This document shows positions 1 to 8,911 of a stretch of 52,755 bases of DNA, in pieces (positions within the stretch are counted from its first letter, which is position 1; each line of letters starts with the position of its first letter). The notes under the pieces are model-generated. The model saw nothing but the letters and a program-made list of their open reading frames with translations, had not been told where the DNA came from and made no database searches. Position numbers and translations under genes: made by a program. Origin of the DNA: an uncultured Victivallales bacterium (GTDB lineage Bacteria > Verrucomicrobiota > Kiritimatiellia > UBA8416); assembly GCA_964652765.1 (NCBI GenBank), contig CAZZBA010000001.1:1-52755 (forward strand), in the 5' to 3' direction.

Positions 1-767
1 CGGGTACGCTGCCTGTGTATCGCTTCTGGTCTCCGCGGTTGAAAAAGCCCTTATTTACGATCTCGGAGGCGGAGAAGAACAATTGGATTGCCGATATGTC
101 GGGTACTTGGAGCTATAAAGGGATTGCCTGGTATGCCTATGCATCGCCATCAGCGAATGCCCCGGCAAGCAGCATTCCGCAAAGCAAGGCCAGCACGGAG
201 AGCATGTCGTCATCCATTATTGCAGACGCCGGGCAGGCAACCGAATTGCCGGGCGCGGTGACTTTTGGCCTGTCCTATGAGGTCGACGAGGTGGTGTCCG
301 CGATGGTGCATGATCCGGCGGCAAACACCTTCACTCAGGTGCTGGAACCGACGTTGTCGCCGCGGGAACTCGTGATCCCTCCCCTGCCGTTCGGCCAGCG
401 CTATTGGCTGAGCGTCATGAGCCACCACCTCGGCGAGGAGATGGATGTGCTCGCTTACGGCGGTTGGCTGGGCAGGGTTGCGGAAGTGCCTGGGGAAGCG
501 GTTGAGACGGTCGATGCCGATGCCGAAATGCCCATGGGGCTGCCGGAGGAACACATCGTGCTTCCGCAAACGGAAGATGCGCTGACCCTGCGGCTTTACA
601 GTCGGAGCGACAATAGCCTCATCCAGACCTTGACGGGGATCAGGGGCGGTTCGACCTATGTGCTTGGCGTTCCGGCCTGGAACCAGTGGTACCGGTTGGA
701 TATCGTGCACGAGTCCAGCGGAGCCGTGATAAACAAACTCTGGATCGGCCACATGCGCACCCATTAA
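1..767 (+). CDS. 3' end of a larger ORF that enters from upstream of the window (hypothetical secreted/surface protein)
   Basis: Frame 3 is open from nt 3 (GTLPVYRFWSP...), so the 'M' listed at 15 is an internal GTG (Val). The stretch 'VYRFWSP..FTISEAEKNNW...YKGIAWYAY' resembles the short YRF/HFYT-type repeat found in large bacterial surface proteins. The remaining ~190 aa carry no motif I recognise. Stop is TAA at 765-767. Confidence 0.5.
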   Translation, partial: GTLPVYRFWSPRLKKPLFTISEAEKNNWIADMSGTWSYKGIAWYAYASPSANAPASSIPQSKASTESMSSSIIADAGQATELPGAVTFGLSYEVDEVVSAMVHDPAANTFTQVLEPTLSPRELVIPPLPFGQRYWLSVMSHHLGEEMDVLAYGGWLGRVAEVPGEAVETVDADAEMPMGLPEEHIVLPQTEDALTLRLYSRSDNSLIQTLTGIRGGSTYVLGVPAWNQWYRLDIVHESSGAVINKLWIGHMRTH

Positions 768-1002
768 GGGGGGGGCACTGCGTCGGAGACGATGCTGCTG
801 CCCACACGTAGCACGGTCTCCCAGCAGAGTTTCTGGCAGGTCGTCAAGTTCAATTACAGATATTGTTCCCCCGCTTCGAGTTCAGCGAGAAAAAGGGGTA
901 AGTCTACCAATCTAGCAATCGGCAGACCTGATTTTGATCGACATCTTCCATATGATTCCGTAGAAAGGTATCCATGTTATGCAATATCAGGAGATGCGAA
1001 GA

Positions 1003-2619
1003 ATGAAGCAATCAGTCTTGGTGAATCTGTTTATATTTGTGGCGTTTGGTTTGGCGAGCGTGAACGATTGTACCGCCCAGGCCACGACATTGGCATTGGG
1101 TACACGTGCGCCGCGACCGGGCGGCGGTGGTGGCTCTGGTGATCTGGGGGGGAGTGCGCACATGCCTGCTGCTGAAAGTCCCGGACCTGACGCAAAAAGG
1201 CGCTTTGCCGTGGACCAAGTGTGGCGTCAGCCACAAGTTGTCAAGCCTATAGCCGAGCTTAACGTCGGGCTGGCAGAAATGCATTTGCAATGGGTCCAGA
1301 TTGAGCCATCTGCCCCGGTCAACGGAAAGCCTAACTACCGGGGCGTTGATGATCTTCCCCCGCAAGAAAGGAAATTCCTATCGGATTTCGCCGCTACAGG
1401 TGTCGATCTTTCCTTGGTAATCGAATCCTCTTTTGGCCACTGGGCATTTGAGTATAGCGATAGTATTATGGTGGAGTCGCCCATGAGTGGAAAGCAGGTT
1501 TCGGGCTTTGTGAAACTGAATCCTGCACATCGTCAGGACTGGAAGAATTTCATTGCGTATCTTCTTTCGACTTTCCCCAATGTGCGCTACATCCAGATGG
1601 GAAATGAGCCCGAGAACGTATGGGTTAGCGGGGAAGGCTATGTGGAGGCGTTGCGTTTGGCCTATGACGCGGTGCGGGAATACAATGCACGTCATGGATC
1701 GGATGTCAAGTTGATGGCGGCAGGATTTAATCTGGGGCTCGATACCCTAAAGGCACCGGAATCTATCTTGCGGCATGTCCATGAAAAACATCCTCGGATC
1801 GATATCGAATGGGTCCGGCGGGAGCTCAATCTGCCCGAAAACATTACGCCACAGCTTGTCTTTCATGCCTCCCAGAAATTCCATGTGATCCTGTCCGTTC
1901 TGCTTGGTGACGCCCCGCCCTTTGATATCTTGACGATCCATCATTACAAAGGCCGGTCGTATGATGAGACTGAGCGTGGGATTCGTTGGTATCAGGGTGT
2001 CATGGAGAAGGGGGGCTACCAGCGACCGCTGTGGATTGACGATATGCATTCGGCCTATTTCCCGATAGCAGGTGTTCGGGGTACCCCCGAGGATCGGCGG
2101 ATTTATAAGGCACTTAAGGAGGGGGATGCGGCGGCGATACAGCGCTACAACAAGGCGCAACCTGAGTGGCTCGTGAAAAAGGCCGCATGGAGTTTCGCGG
2201 CGGGTGTGGCGCGGCTGAAGTTTGCGCCTTTGGTCGATATACCTCGCTACTTCATGCCGGAGTGGCGGTATGCCGGACTACTCACAGAGAAATTTGACCT
2301 CAAGCCATCGTATTACACGGCCAAATTGCTGGTTCAGAAGATCGACTATTTCAAGGATGTGAAACGGCTGCGGGGAGACGTGTATCGCTTTAGCTTTGAC
2401 CACAAAGACGATGTGTACATTGCCTGGGGAGCGAAAGTCGGGGGCGAGATTGACGCCAGCCGGGAGTTGGGCACGGGCGAGGTGCGCATTACCTATCTCA
2501 TCAGTCAGTTGGATAGAAGAGGGGCGCCGGTTGTTCGCCCCTCCATCCAAGTGCCAACGACGCGGATACCCCTGACGGAAGAGCCGGTTTTTATCGAGAA
2601 GGTACGCGTAAACCGCTAG
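1003..2619 (+). CDS. Secreted glycoside hydrolase-like protein (clan GH-A TIM-barrel type; role analogous to PslG-like EPS hydrolases is inferred)
   Basis: ATG at 1003 lies 9 nt after AGGAG (989-993); the ORF-track start at 979 lacks this spacing. The N-terminus MKQSVLVNLFIFVAFGLASVNDCTAQA looks like a signal peptide. 'IQMGNEPEN' matches the NEP acid/base motif of clan GH-A hydrolases. Family assignment is not possible by eye. Confidence 0.55.
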   Translation: MKQSVLVNLFIFVAFGLASVNDCTAQATTLALGTRAPRPGGGGGSGDLGGSAHMPAAESPGPDAKRRFAVDQVWRQPQVVKPIAELNVGLAEMHLQWVQIEPSAPVNGKPNYRGVDDLPPQERKFLSDFAATGVDLSLVIESSFGHWAFEYSDSIMVESPMSGKQVSGFVKLNPAHRQDWKNFIAYLLSTFPNVRYIQMGNEPENVWVSGEGYVEALRLAYDAVREYNARHGSDVKLMAAGFNLGLDTLKAPESILRHVHEKHPRIDIEWVRRELNLPENITPQLVFHASQKFHVILSVLLGDAPPFDILTIHHYKGRSYDETERGIRWYQGVMEKGGYQRPLWIDDMHSAYFPIAGVRGTPEDRRIYKALKEGDAAAIQRYNKAQPEWLVKKAAWSFAAGVARLKFAPLVDIPRYFMPEWRYAGLLTEKFDLKPSYYTAKLLVQKIDYFKDVKRLRGDVYRFSFDHKDDVYIAWGAKVGGEIDASRELGTGEVRITYLISQLDRRGAPVVRPSIQVPTTRIPLTEEPVFIEKVRVNR

Positions 2620-3797
2620 GGTATATCCTGGAGTAAGCGGCGGTAGGGCTGTAGGAAAGACTCGCGTACGGCTTCCCAGGTATAGCTGTTGCGTGCGACG
2701 CGCAATCCGTTGGCGGACATTTCCGCCATGCGGGCTCGGTCAGTCGTGATGTGCTCCAGTCCATTGGCAATATCTTCCGGGTCGGTGGCGTCTACCACGA
2801 CGCCGCAGTTGGCGTCCCGTACGATGTCGGGCATGTCCCCGGTCGCGCTCACGACGACAGGCACGCCGCAAGCCATCGACTCGAAAAGTTTGGTTGGTGT
2901 TACGTGCCCGAAAGCCTCCTTGCCGTAAAGCAGCAGCGAGACGTCGAGAGTTTCGTATAGCCCGGGCAGGTCTTCCACATCGTATGCGCCCGTAATATCG
3001 ACCAGGTCAAGGATGGGGGCCAGAAGGCGTTTGAAGGGGGCGGCATAGCCGTCGAATACCTTGCCGGCGATGCGCAGGCGGAAGGAGCAAGGGTCACCCG
3101 CTGCCGCACGGCGGGTGCAGAGTGCGCGGAAACCGGCGACGACCTCTTCGTAACCATTCCCGGCATATGCGGTTCCAAGGCGCCCGATGATCAATCGGTT
3201 TCCGGTAAATTGCCGGGGTTCAGCTCGCAACAGAGCCCGGCCTGGGTATGAGCCTACCTGGGCTATCCGCTGCACCCCGGCGGCGCGAAAGGATTCCATC
3301 TGGTGGGCATTATGCACGAATACCTGATCAAAGCGGCCAGCGCATTTTTTCTCAATCCAGTCCACCATGCGCGTCATGCGGTTGTAGCGGGCCGGCCAGA
3401 ACCCCAGGAAATTATCGGGCTCGCAGATATCAGCGACGGCACGGGCGCGCCCGCGCCGCGCGGCCAGGAGTGCTACCGGCAACATGGCAACGTTCACGGC
3501 ATGTACGACATCGGACGGATGTCGCTGGAGATACCGGTAAACGGCCCCGTTGAATTTGAGATGGTTGGGAGCATTGGCCGGTCCGCGGCTGACGCCCCCT
3601 GGGATTCGGAACCGGATGATTTCAATACCGCAGACCGTCTCGCGTTCTGGAAGCGAACAGGAGCGATCCCAGGCCAGAACGGTCACGCGACAGCCTTCCT
3701 CTCGCAAGGCGATAGCCTGGAGCAGCACCCGCCGGTACCAGCCGTCGTAGGGCATGAAGCCAAGCGAGTATAGAATTGTGACGTTGCGATTGCTCAT
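2616..3797 (-). CDS. Glycosyltransferase family 4 (GT-B, group 1)
   Basis: 393-aa ORF. The C-terminal half reads '...LLLYGKEAFGHVTPTKLFESMACGVPVVVSATGDMPDIVRDANCGVVVD', the GT4 E-x7-E / nucleotide-sugar binding region. Its start overlaps the stop of the upstream ORF by 4 nt (ATGA). Confidence 0.85.
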   Translation of the reverse strand: MSNRNVTILYSLGFMPYDGWYRRVLLQAIALREEGCRVTVLAWDRSCSLPERETVCGIEIIRFRIPGGVSRGPANAPNHLKFNGAVYRYLQRHPSDVVHAVNVAMLPVALLAARRGRARAVADICEPDNFLGFWPARYNRMTRMVDWIEKKCAGRFDQVFVHNAHQMESFRAAGVQRIAQVGSYPGRALLRAEPRQFTGNRLIIGRLGTAYAGNGYEEVVAGFRALCTRRAAAGDPCSFRLRIAGKVFDGYAAPFKRLLAPILDLVDITGAYDVEDLPGLYETLDVSLLLYGKEAFGHVTPTKLFESMACGVPVVVSATGDMPDIVRDANCGVVVDATDPEDIANGLEHITTDRARMAEMSANGLRVARNSYTWEAVRESFLQPYRRLLQDIP

Positions 3798-4366
3798 TGG
3801 ATAATCACCGGCTTGACATGGTGAAATTCCCCGTAAAATGACCGAATTTGGCTGATTGTGCGCTCTGCATTGAATAGTGCCTGAATACGTTCCCGTGCAG
3901 CCCTGTCAATCCGTTCTCCAAGCGCGGGGTTCCGTGCCAGCAATATTAGATTCTCAACAAGCCCGTCGATTGATCCGACCGGGAAGATGAAACCATGTTC
4001 GTTATCATGTACCAGGGCGGCAACATCCTCCACGTCTGCGGCTAACACCGGACGTGCCAAGGCCATGGCTTCGATCAGAAATACGGGGGAACACTCGGAG
4101 CGGGACGTGGATAGGGCACAATCGCTGGCCGTCATGTGGCGTTGCAGCGCAAGTAAGCGCCTCCATGCCGTGCCGGATGCTGGCAGCACGATGGGTGCCA
4201 TGCCTTCGTCCCGCGCAGCGGCAGCCACAGCCCCCTTGTAAAGGCAGGCGAGCTGGACGTCGTCGCCAGCCTTTTGCTGCGATTGGATCAGCATCCGTGT
4301 CACCATGCTGGCGCCGCAATGATATCGTCCGTCAAGCAGATGCAGAATGGAAATCGGAGAGGTCAT
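3794..4366 (-). CDS. GT4 glycosyltransferase remnant (about 190 aa; the middle of the fold is missing; probably non-functional)
   Basis: Start chosen at MTSPISILHLLDG (ATG 4366), 18 nt after the stop of the upstream GT2; the 285-aa track ORF would overlap that gene. A GT4 N-terminal beta-alpha start (ILHLLDG...) runs straight into the C-terminal 'SECSPVFLIEAMALARPVLAADVEDVAALVHDNEHGFIFP' motif after only about 85 aa. Confidence 0.6.
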   Translation of the reverse strand: MTSPISILHLLDGRYHCGASMVTRMLIQSQQKAGDDVQLACLYKGAVAAAARDEGMAPIVLPASGTAWRRLLALQRHMTASDCALSTSRSECSPVFLIEAMALARPVLAADVEDVAALVHDNEHGFIFPVGSIDGLVENLILLARNPALGERIDRAARERIQALFNAERTISQIRSFYGEFHHVKPVIIQ

Positions 4367-4383
4367 AAGAATGCCACGCTCTT

Positions 4384-5544
4384 TCAGGCACGTCCGGTTT
4401 TCCAAACAGCGAGGCGCTGTCCGCGCAGCGCGCGCCATAATCCGACGAGCGAAGCAGCATTCACCAGGCAAAAATAGAATGGAAGGGCCAGTAGTGGGCG
4501 AGTCCGGCCGCTGCGTTCCAGCGCCCATCCTGCGGCGGCCGCGGCGTAGAAGGCGATTTGTCCTAGGAACAACAGCATGTAGAATGGATGGACAGTCACC
4601 AGTATAGCGTTGGCGCCGAGAGCCGCCAGTGCCGGCACGCCAATGAGCCATCGAAGCACCTTGCGCAGCCAGACGTGCAGTACGAAGCCGAAATGGCGTG
4701 ATATGTTAAGGTACCTCCGCATTTCCAGCACCATGGTAAATCCCCGTACGGCGTTTCGTACCCTTACCCGCCACTCAGCACCGGCATGCGGTGCGGTGTC
4801 TTCCTCGAACCGGGCGCTCTCTGCGAAGACCACCCGGCATCCCTGATTGACTACATGCAACGGCAATACGTGATCGAACTCAAGATAACCGGGTAAGGGG
4901 AGAAAAAGTTCTTTCCGAATCGCCGTCATGGCACCCGTTATGAAGGCATTGGAAAAGACATCGGACTCGGCTTTTTTCAGCAGGGTTTCATAGCGCCAGT
5001 AGACGCCTTCCCCTTCGCCGGCCATGGATGCGCTGGGGACCAGACGGCGATTGCCATTGACGATGCCCACGTGCGGATCGCGAAAAGGGGCCACCAGCAT
5101 CCGGATTGCATTAACATCAAAAATGGCATTGGCATCGGTGATCAAGATGATATCAGCCTCGGCCTTGGCACCCAGATCGGACAGGGTTCGGATTTTGCCT
5201 TTCTGCTCCGTATTGCGCTGGAACCGTACGCCGCGATCGGCAAATCCAGCGGCGATGGCGTCGGTTTTATCAGTGCTGCAGTCGGAAATGACCACGATCT
5301 GCAGTTTACCCATGGGATAATCTTGTGCCAGCGCATTCTCCAGCTTGCTGGCGATAACCTCTTGCTCATTATAAGCAGGGATCAGCATGATTACCGAGGG
5401 CAGCGCGCTGTCTGCCAGATCGTCGGATTTTTGGGGAATTCGTCTGCAGGCTCCCAGTATCAGGAGTAGCGCCGGATACAGCAGGTACACGCAGAGAACC
5501 CAAATGACAGAGCCCCAGAAGATAAGTAGTGCGACGATAGTCAT
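4384..5544 (-). CDS. Membrane-embedded glycosyltransferase family 2
   Basis: N-terminal TM helix, then 'VIMLIPAYNEQEVIASKLENALAQDYPMGKLQIVVISDCSTDKTD' (GT2 GT-A start) and 'ILITDANAIFD' (DxD-type motif). There are 3-4 C-terminal TM helices. Only 4 nt separate it from the upstream gene's stop. Confidence 0.85.
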   Translation of the reverse strand: MTIVALLIFWGSVIWVLCVYLLYPALLLILGACRRIPQKSDDLADSALPSVIMLIPAYNEQEVIASKLENALAQDYPMGKLQIVVISDCSTDKTDAIAAGFADRGVRFQRNTEQKGKIRTLSDLGAKAEADIILITDANAIFDVNAIRMLVAPFRDPHVGIVNGNRRLVPSASMAGEGEGVYWRYETLLKKAESDVFSNAFITGAMTAIRKELFLPLPGYLEFDHVLPLHVVNQGCRVVFAESARFEEDTAPHAGAEWRVRVRNAVRGFTMVLEMRRYLNISRHFGFVLHVWLRKVLRWLIGVPALAALGANAILVTVHPFYMLLFLGQIAFYAAAAAGWALERSGRTRPLLALPFYFCLVNAASLVGLWRALRGQRLAVWKTGRA

Positions 5545-5548
5545 GAGG

Positions 5549-6241
5549 TCATTGCGCTCCCTGCGCCGAGGACACTACCGGAATGGTCCGAGACAACAAG
5601 CGCAGATCGTTCCATAGGTTACAGTTGTCGATATAGCGAAAATCGTGTTTGATCATTCCACTGAGAGAGCGGTTGTCGTCACGAGCCATTACTTGCCATT
5701 CGCCGGTTATGCCTGGCTTCACGAGGCATCGCAACGCATTGAGGTCTGGATAAAGAGCCACCATGTGGGGAACGAGTGGGCGGGGGCCGACGAGACTCAT
5801 ATCTCCCTTGACCACGTTCCATAGCTGCGGCAATTCATCAATGCTGGCCTTGCGGATCAGGTGTCCAACGCGGGTCACGCGGGGATCGTTCGCCATCTTC
5901 ACGAGAACACCTTCCGCTTCACTGCGTTGCACAGCGTCCATATCAATGCGCTGGTCCTGGTCAATGTACATGGATCGTAACTTGTAGCAAAGAAAGAGCC
6001 GTCCGTGAAGGCCCACGCGATTCTGATAGAAAAACCCGGGGCCCGATGAGGTGAGGCGGATCAGGATCCATGCAATACCAATGATTGGCGTGCCTAGGAT
6101 AAGCAGCGGCACTCCCAACATGAGATCCAGGATTCGTTTGCCCGTTCGACGATAGAACGTGTTCGCAAAGCCATGCTTGTGAATAGCCTGCAATTCGGCT
6201 ACGATCTTATCGTGATGTTCTTCTTGCGATGGCTCTGGCAT
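5549..6241 (-). CDS. Initiating polyprenyl-phosphate sugar-phosphate transferase (bacterial sugar transferase, WbaP/PglC/EpsL-like)
   Basis: '[37 protein letters not shown]' is the hallmark of the bacterial sugar transferase family, preceded by one re-entrant or TM helix. I prefer ATG 6241 (MPEPSQ..., with AAGGAATGAGG upstream). A perfect TATAAT lies inside the 5' extension of the longer track ORF, which would start at 6313. Confidence 0.85.
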   Translation of the reverse strand: MPEPSQEEHHDKIVAELQAIHKHGFANTFYRRTGKRILDLMLGVPLLILGTPIIGIAWILIRLTSSGPGFFYQNRVGLHGRLFLCYKLRSMYIDQDQRIDMDAVQRSEAEGVLVKMANDPRVTRVGHLIRKASIDELPQLWNVVKGDMSLVGPRPLVPHMVALYPDLNALRCLVKPGITGEWQVMARDDNRSLSGMIKHDFRYIDNCNLWNDLRLLSRTIPVVSSAQGAQ

Positions 6242-6290
6242 GGCCTCATTCCTTATGCGCTTCAATTCAAGTGTTATGCACAAACAAAGT

Positions 6291-6296
6291 ATTATA
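6291..6296 (-). promoter_or_regulatory. Candidate -10 box (TATAAT on the minus strand) for the minus-strand glycosyltransferase operon
   Basis: The plus strand reads attata at 6291-6296, a perfect TATAAT on the minus strand, about 50 nt upstream of ATG 6241. No good -35 sits at 17-nt spacing; TTGACG lies 21 nt away. Confidence 0.3.
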
Positions 6297-6405
6297 GTAC
6301 CCAAAACCTGCATGCTGCGTCAAGCACGCTGCGCAAATTTCAGGTAATCGAGCCGATTTGACAAACTAACCGGTCAAACTAACTGCGCCACGGTTCCAAA
6401 GTCTA

Positions 6406-6434
6406 TTGACTTGGCAATCTGGATTCGGTATATG
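6406..6434 (+). promoter_or_regulatory. Candidate sigma70-like promoter for the sulfotransferase gene
   Basis: TTGACT (6406-6411), an exact 17-nt spacer, then TATATG (6429-6434), in an AT-rich divergent intergenic region about 65 nt upstream of the GTG start at 6499. Confidence 0.3.
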
Positions 6435-6498
6435 AACGACACATATTTTATTAATTATGTGAGTTCTGATTATTAAAATTATGTTAGGAGGACAAGGT

Positions 6499-7473
6499 GT
6501 GAGAATATCGATTGGCTCTCAGGGTTCCGTGACCTTGCCTGATTTTTTTATCGCCGGTGCGCCAAAGGCCGGTACGACATCCCTGCATTTCTACTTGCAG
6601 GAGCATCCCCAGATTTTCATGCCTAAACACAAGGAGTCTTGGTTCTTTAGTTTTATGGATAATGAACCTCATTACAAGAGTCCTAGCACATTACCTGACG
6701 TGATCCATCGGCTGGAGGATTACATTCGGACATATTCAGAAGCAAGCGATGATCAGATTGCGGGGGATGCGTCTCCTTCTTATTTGTACACCTACAAAAC
6801 CAGTATTCAGAACTTCAGACGAGTTTACAACGATCCCGCAGACTATAAACGCCTTAAGTTCATCATATCGCTGCGTAATCCAGCCGAGCGGGCATGGTCA
6901 CAATACTGGACTCTGCAGCGTCGCCAAGAGGATCCTTTAGATTTTGAACAGGTCATTAAGGGGTCAGTTATTAAAAAACGTATGGACGAGAACTGGCAAC
7001 CCTTCTACGATTACGTCGGATTCGGTATGTACTACGACCAGGTTAAGGCGTATTTAGACGAATTTGGGACGAATCGGGTAAAAGTAATCCTGTTTGAGGA
7101 TTTAGTGCATCAAACCCTTGAAGTGTGTCGCGATATTTTTGATTTTCTTGAAGTGGACAATACCTTTATTCCTAATACAGATGCAATCTATAACCGCTCA
7201 GGAAAACCCAAGTGCGCGAAGCTATTAAAATATGCCCTGTCCCCAAGTCTTGTGAAAAGCATATTTAAGAGTGTTGTTCCACATAGTTCCAGAGTACGCA
7301 TCAAGCAAGCATTAGGAAAGAAAGTTGTTACCAAGGTTTCGATGCCTGAGCACGTACAAAAAGAACTGGTGAACCTTTATCGACCAGAGATAATTCGGTT
7401 GGAGAAATTACTGAATCGAGATTTACGATCATGGCTTACTTTTAATGAAGCATGCGAAGATCGAGTCGTCTAG
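6499..7473 (+). CDS. PAPS-dependent sulfotransferase (Sulfotransfer_1/3-like)
   Basis: 5'-PSB motif 'FFIAGAPKAGTTSL' and 3'-PB motif 'IISLRNPAERAWSQY'. GTG 6499 lies 5 nt after a perfect AGGAGG (6487-6492); the track start ATG 6481 has no SD. The gene is markedly lower in GC than its neighbours. Confidence 0.8.
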   Translation: MRISIGSQGSVTLPDFFIAGAPKAGTTSLHFYLQEHPQIFMPKHKESWFFSFMDNEPHYKSPSTLPDVIHRLEDYIRTYSEASDDQIAGDASPSYLYTYKTSIQNFRRVYNDPADYKRLKFIISLRNPAERAWSQYWTLQRRQEDPLDFEQVIKGSVIKKRMDENWQPFYDYVGFGMYYDQVKAYLDEFGTNRVKVILFEDLVHQTLEVCRDIFDFLEVDNTFIPNTDAIYNRSGKPKCAKLLKYALSPSLVKSIFKSVVPHSSRVRIKQALGKKVVTKVSMPEHVQKELVNLYRPEIIRLEKLLNRDLRSWLTFNEACEDRVV

Positions 7474-7797
7474 AGGCTATTGAAGTGATTTATTTATTCG
7501 CGGGCGCATAGCACGTCTGCGGGGATATTCAAGACGGCAAGGCGTGAGCCTGTGCGTCGGCACGGGGCGATCGCTCGACGAGAACGGCGACGAGAGCACG
7601 CATTGCGCCAGGATAAAATGTTACCGAAGCAAAAATGAGAACGGCACAATGCGCCCTCATATTTTTCCTTGCAAGGGAATTGTTTCAAGTCTACAGTGGC
7701 AACTGTTTCGTAGCGTTTGTTGCTAGTCTGCTTATCTTTTAATGAACGCTAATTCCCTGCCATACTACTGGTTGGGTAATAAAAGAGGCATATAATC

Positions 7798-8889
7798 ATG
7801 ATGGTGATGACAATTGTTTTCCTGCGTTACTATTGGTCGTTGATGAAACGCACACAGTCGATCAATTTCATGGGGCTGGCCTTGTTCTTACTATGGGGAG
7901 TCGGCTGCACTACGCTGCGTGAGGAAACGCAAGTTTCCAGCTCACCAAACAGAGACGATTCCTACGTAAATTCTGCTGTTCAGCAAAGCTTAGATGTGCG
8001 TGCGATCTATCTTTCGGCTGGTGATGAAATTCGCATTTCTGTTTACGGTCGTTCGGAGTTGAATCGGCAGGTTGTGGTTCCGCCTGACGGGCGCATTTTC
8101 TTTCCGTTTCTTGGGGATATTGATGTGGCGGGCCGTACGGTAGAGCAGTTGCGTAAAACGATTTCCAATGGACTTGCAGAAGAATCTTCACGGGTACTAT
8201 CAGCCGGCGATCTGTTAGCGGTTCAGGTATTCCGTCGACCAGAGTTGCAGGCCGAGTCTATCATACCTCAAGCTGGGATGTTTCCCGTTCCCTTGATCGG
8301 GAATGTACAGGTTGTCGGGCTTACACCAACGCAAGCGAGTGAGCGGATTGCGGAGGAACTCCGCCGCTACGTGCGAGACCCCCAGGTGATGTCGCGTGTG
8401 GTAAAGTATGGTGGTGCGCTGCCAGTGAGCTCGCCGCAAGTGGCGGTTGATTTGATTCGTCTTACCGGGGAACGCTTTTTTGTGCTGGGCGAAGTGCGCG
8501 CCCCCGGCGTATACCCTTTGGTAGGGCAAGTGTCAATTCTGGACGCGGTCGCGGCCGCGGGTGGTCCCATGCAGGAGGCCAAGAGCGGTTCTGTCCTGTT
8601 GATTCGGGCGGGCGGTTCGGGTCGGCCTGCCGAATCGACCAAGATCGATCTGGACAATGCCATGCGCGATGGCTCGGGGGCGACAATCGTGTTGGGTCGC
8701 GGGGATGTGGTTTACGTGCCTGAGAGTTCGATATCGCAAGTGGCCCGTTTCGCCCGCAGCATCAGCGATATCCTGCGCCCGATCATAGACATTGAAACGG
8801 GGGTTTGGCTGGGGCAGAACATTGACGAGGGACCTTCGTCCCGGCAGAGCCAGGACGCAACCACACGTACTGTTGTTGTCGATCGTTAG
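7798..8889 (+). CDS. wza: Outer-membrane polysaccharide export protein (OPX, Wza family lipoprotein)
   Basis: Lipobox-like 'LLWGVGC'. Poly_export motif 'YLSAGDEIRISVYGRSELNRQVVVPPDGRIFFPFLGDIDVAGRTVEQLRKTI', followed by SLBB-like repeats ('FFVLGEVRAPGVYPL'). AAGAGG lies 9 nt upstream of ATG 7798. Confidence 0.85.
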   Translation: MMVMTIVFLRYYWSLMKRTQSINFMGLALFLLWGVGCTTLREETQVSSSPNRDDSYVNSAVQQSLDVRAIYLSAGDEIRISVYGRSELNRQVVVPPDGRIFFPFLGDIDVAGRTVEQLRKTISNGLAEESSRVLSAGDLLAVQVFRRPELQAESIIPQAGMFPVPLIGNVQVVGLTPTQASERIAEELRRYVRDPQVMSRVVKYGGALPVSSPQVAVDLIRLTGERFFVLGEVRAPGVYPLVGQVSILDAVAAAGGPMQEAKSGSVLLIRAGGSGRPAESTKIDLDNAMRDGSGATIVLGRGDVVYVPESSISQVARFARSISDILRPIIDIETGVWLGQNIDEGPSSRQSQDATTRTVVVDR

Positions 8890-8911
8890 CACGGGAGAGC
8901 GCAGGCATATT

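Noticed and set aside
792-1142. 116-aa plus-strand ORF upstream of and overlapping the hydrolase gene.
   Set aside because: It has no motif and no SD. It overlaps the signal-peptide-encoding start of the much better supported 1003-2619 CDS in another frame.
4367-4651. N-terminal 95-aa extension of the GT4 remnant (the track ORF is 3794-4651).
   Set aside because: The extension would overlap the 3' end of the GT2 gene by ~270 nt. It is Arg/Gly-rich with no GT motif. The internal ATG at 4366 fits the operon spacing.
4384-5544. Possibility that the membrane GT2 is a processive synthase (a third, synthase-dependent pathway).
   Set aside because: The architecture (TM-GT2-3TM) is compatible. However, I could not find a convincing Q(Q/R)xRW motif; the closest stretch is 'AEWRVRVRNAVRG'. 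I left it as a generic GT2.
6242-6313. Longer start (ATG 6313) for the phosphoglycosyl transferase.
   Set aside because: There is no SD upstream. The 24 extra residues are not part of the conserved family core, and a perfect TATAAT lies within them. It is kept as an alternative only.
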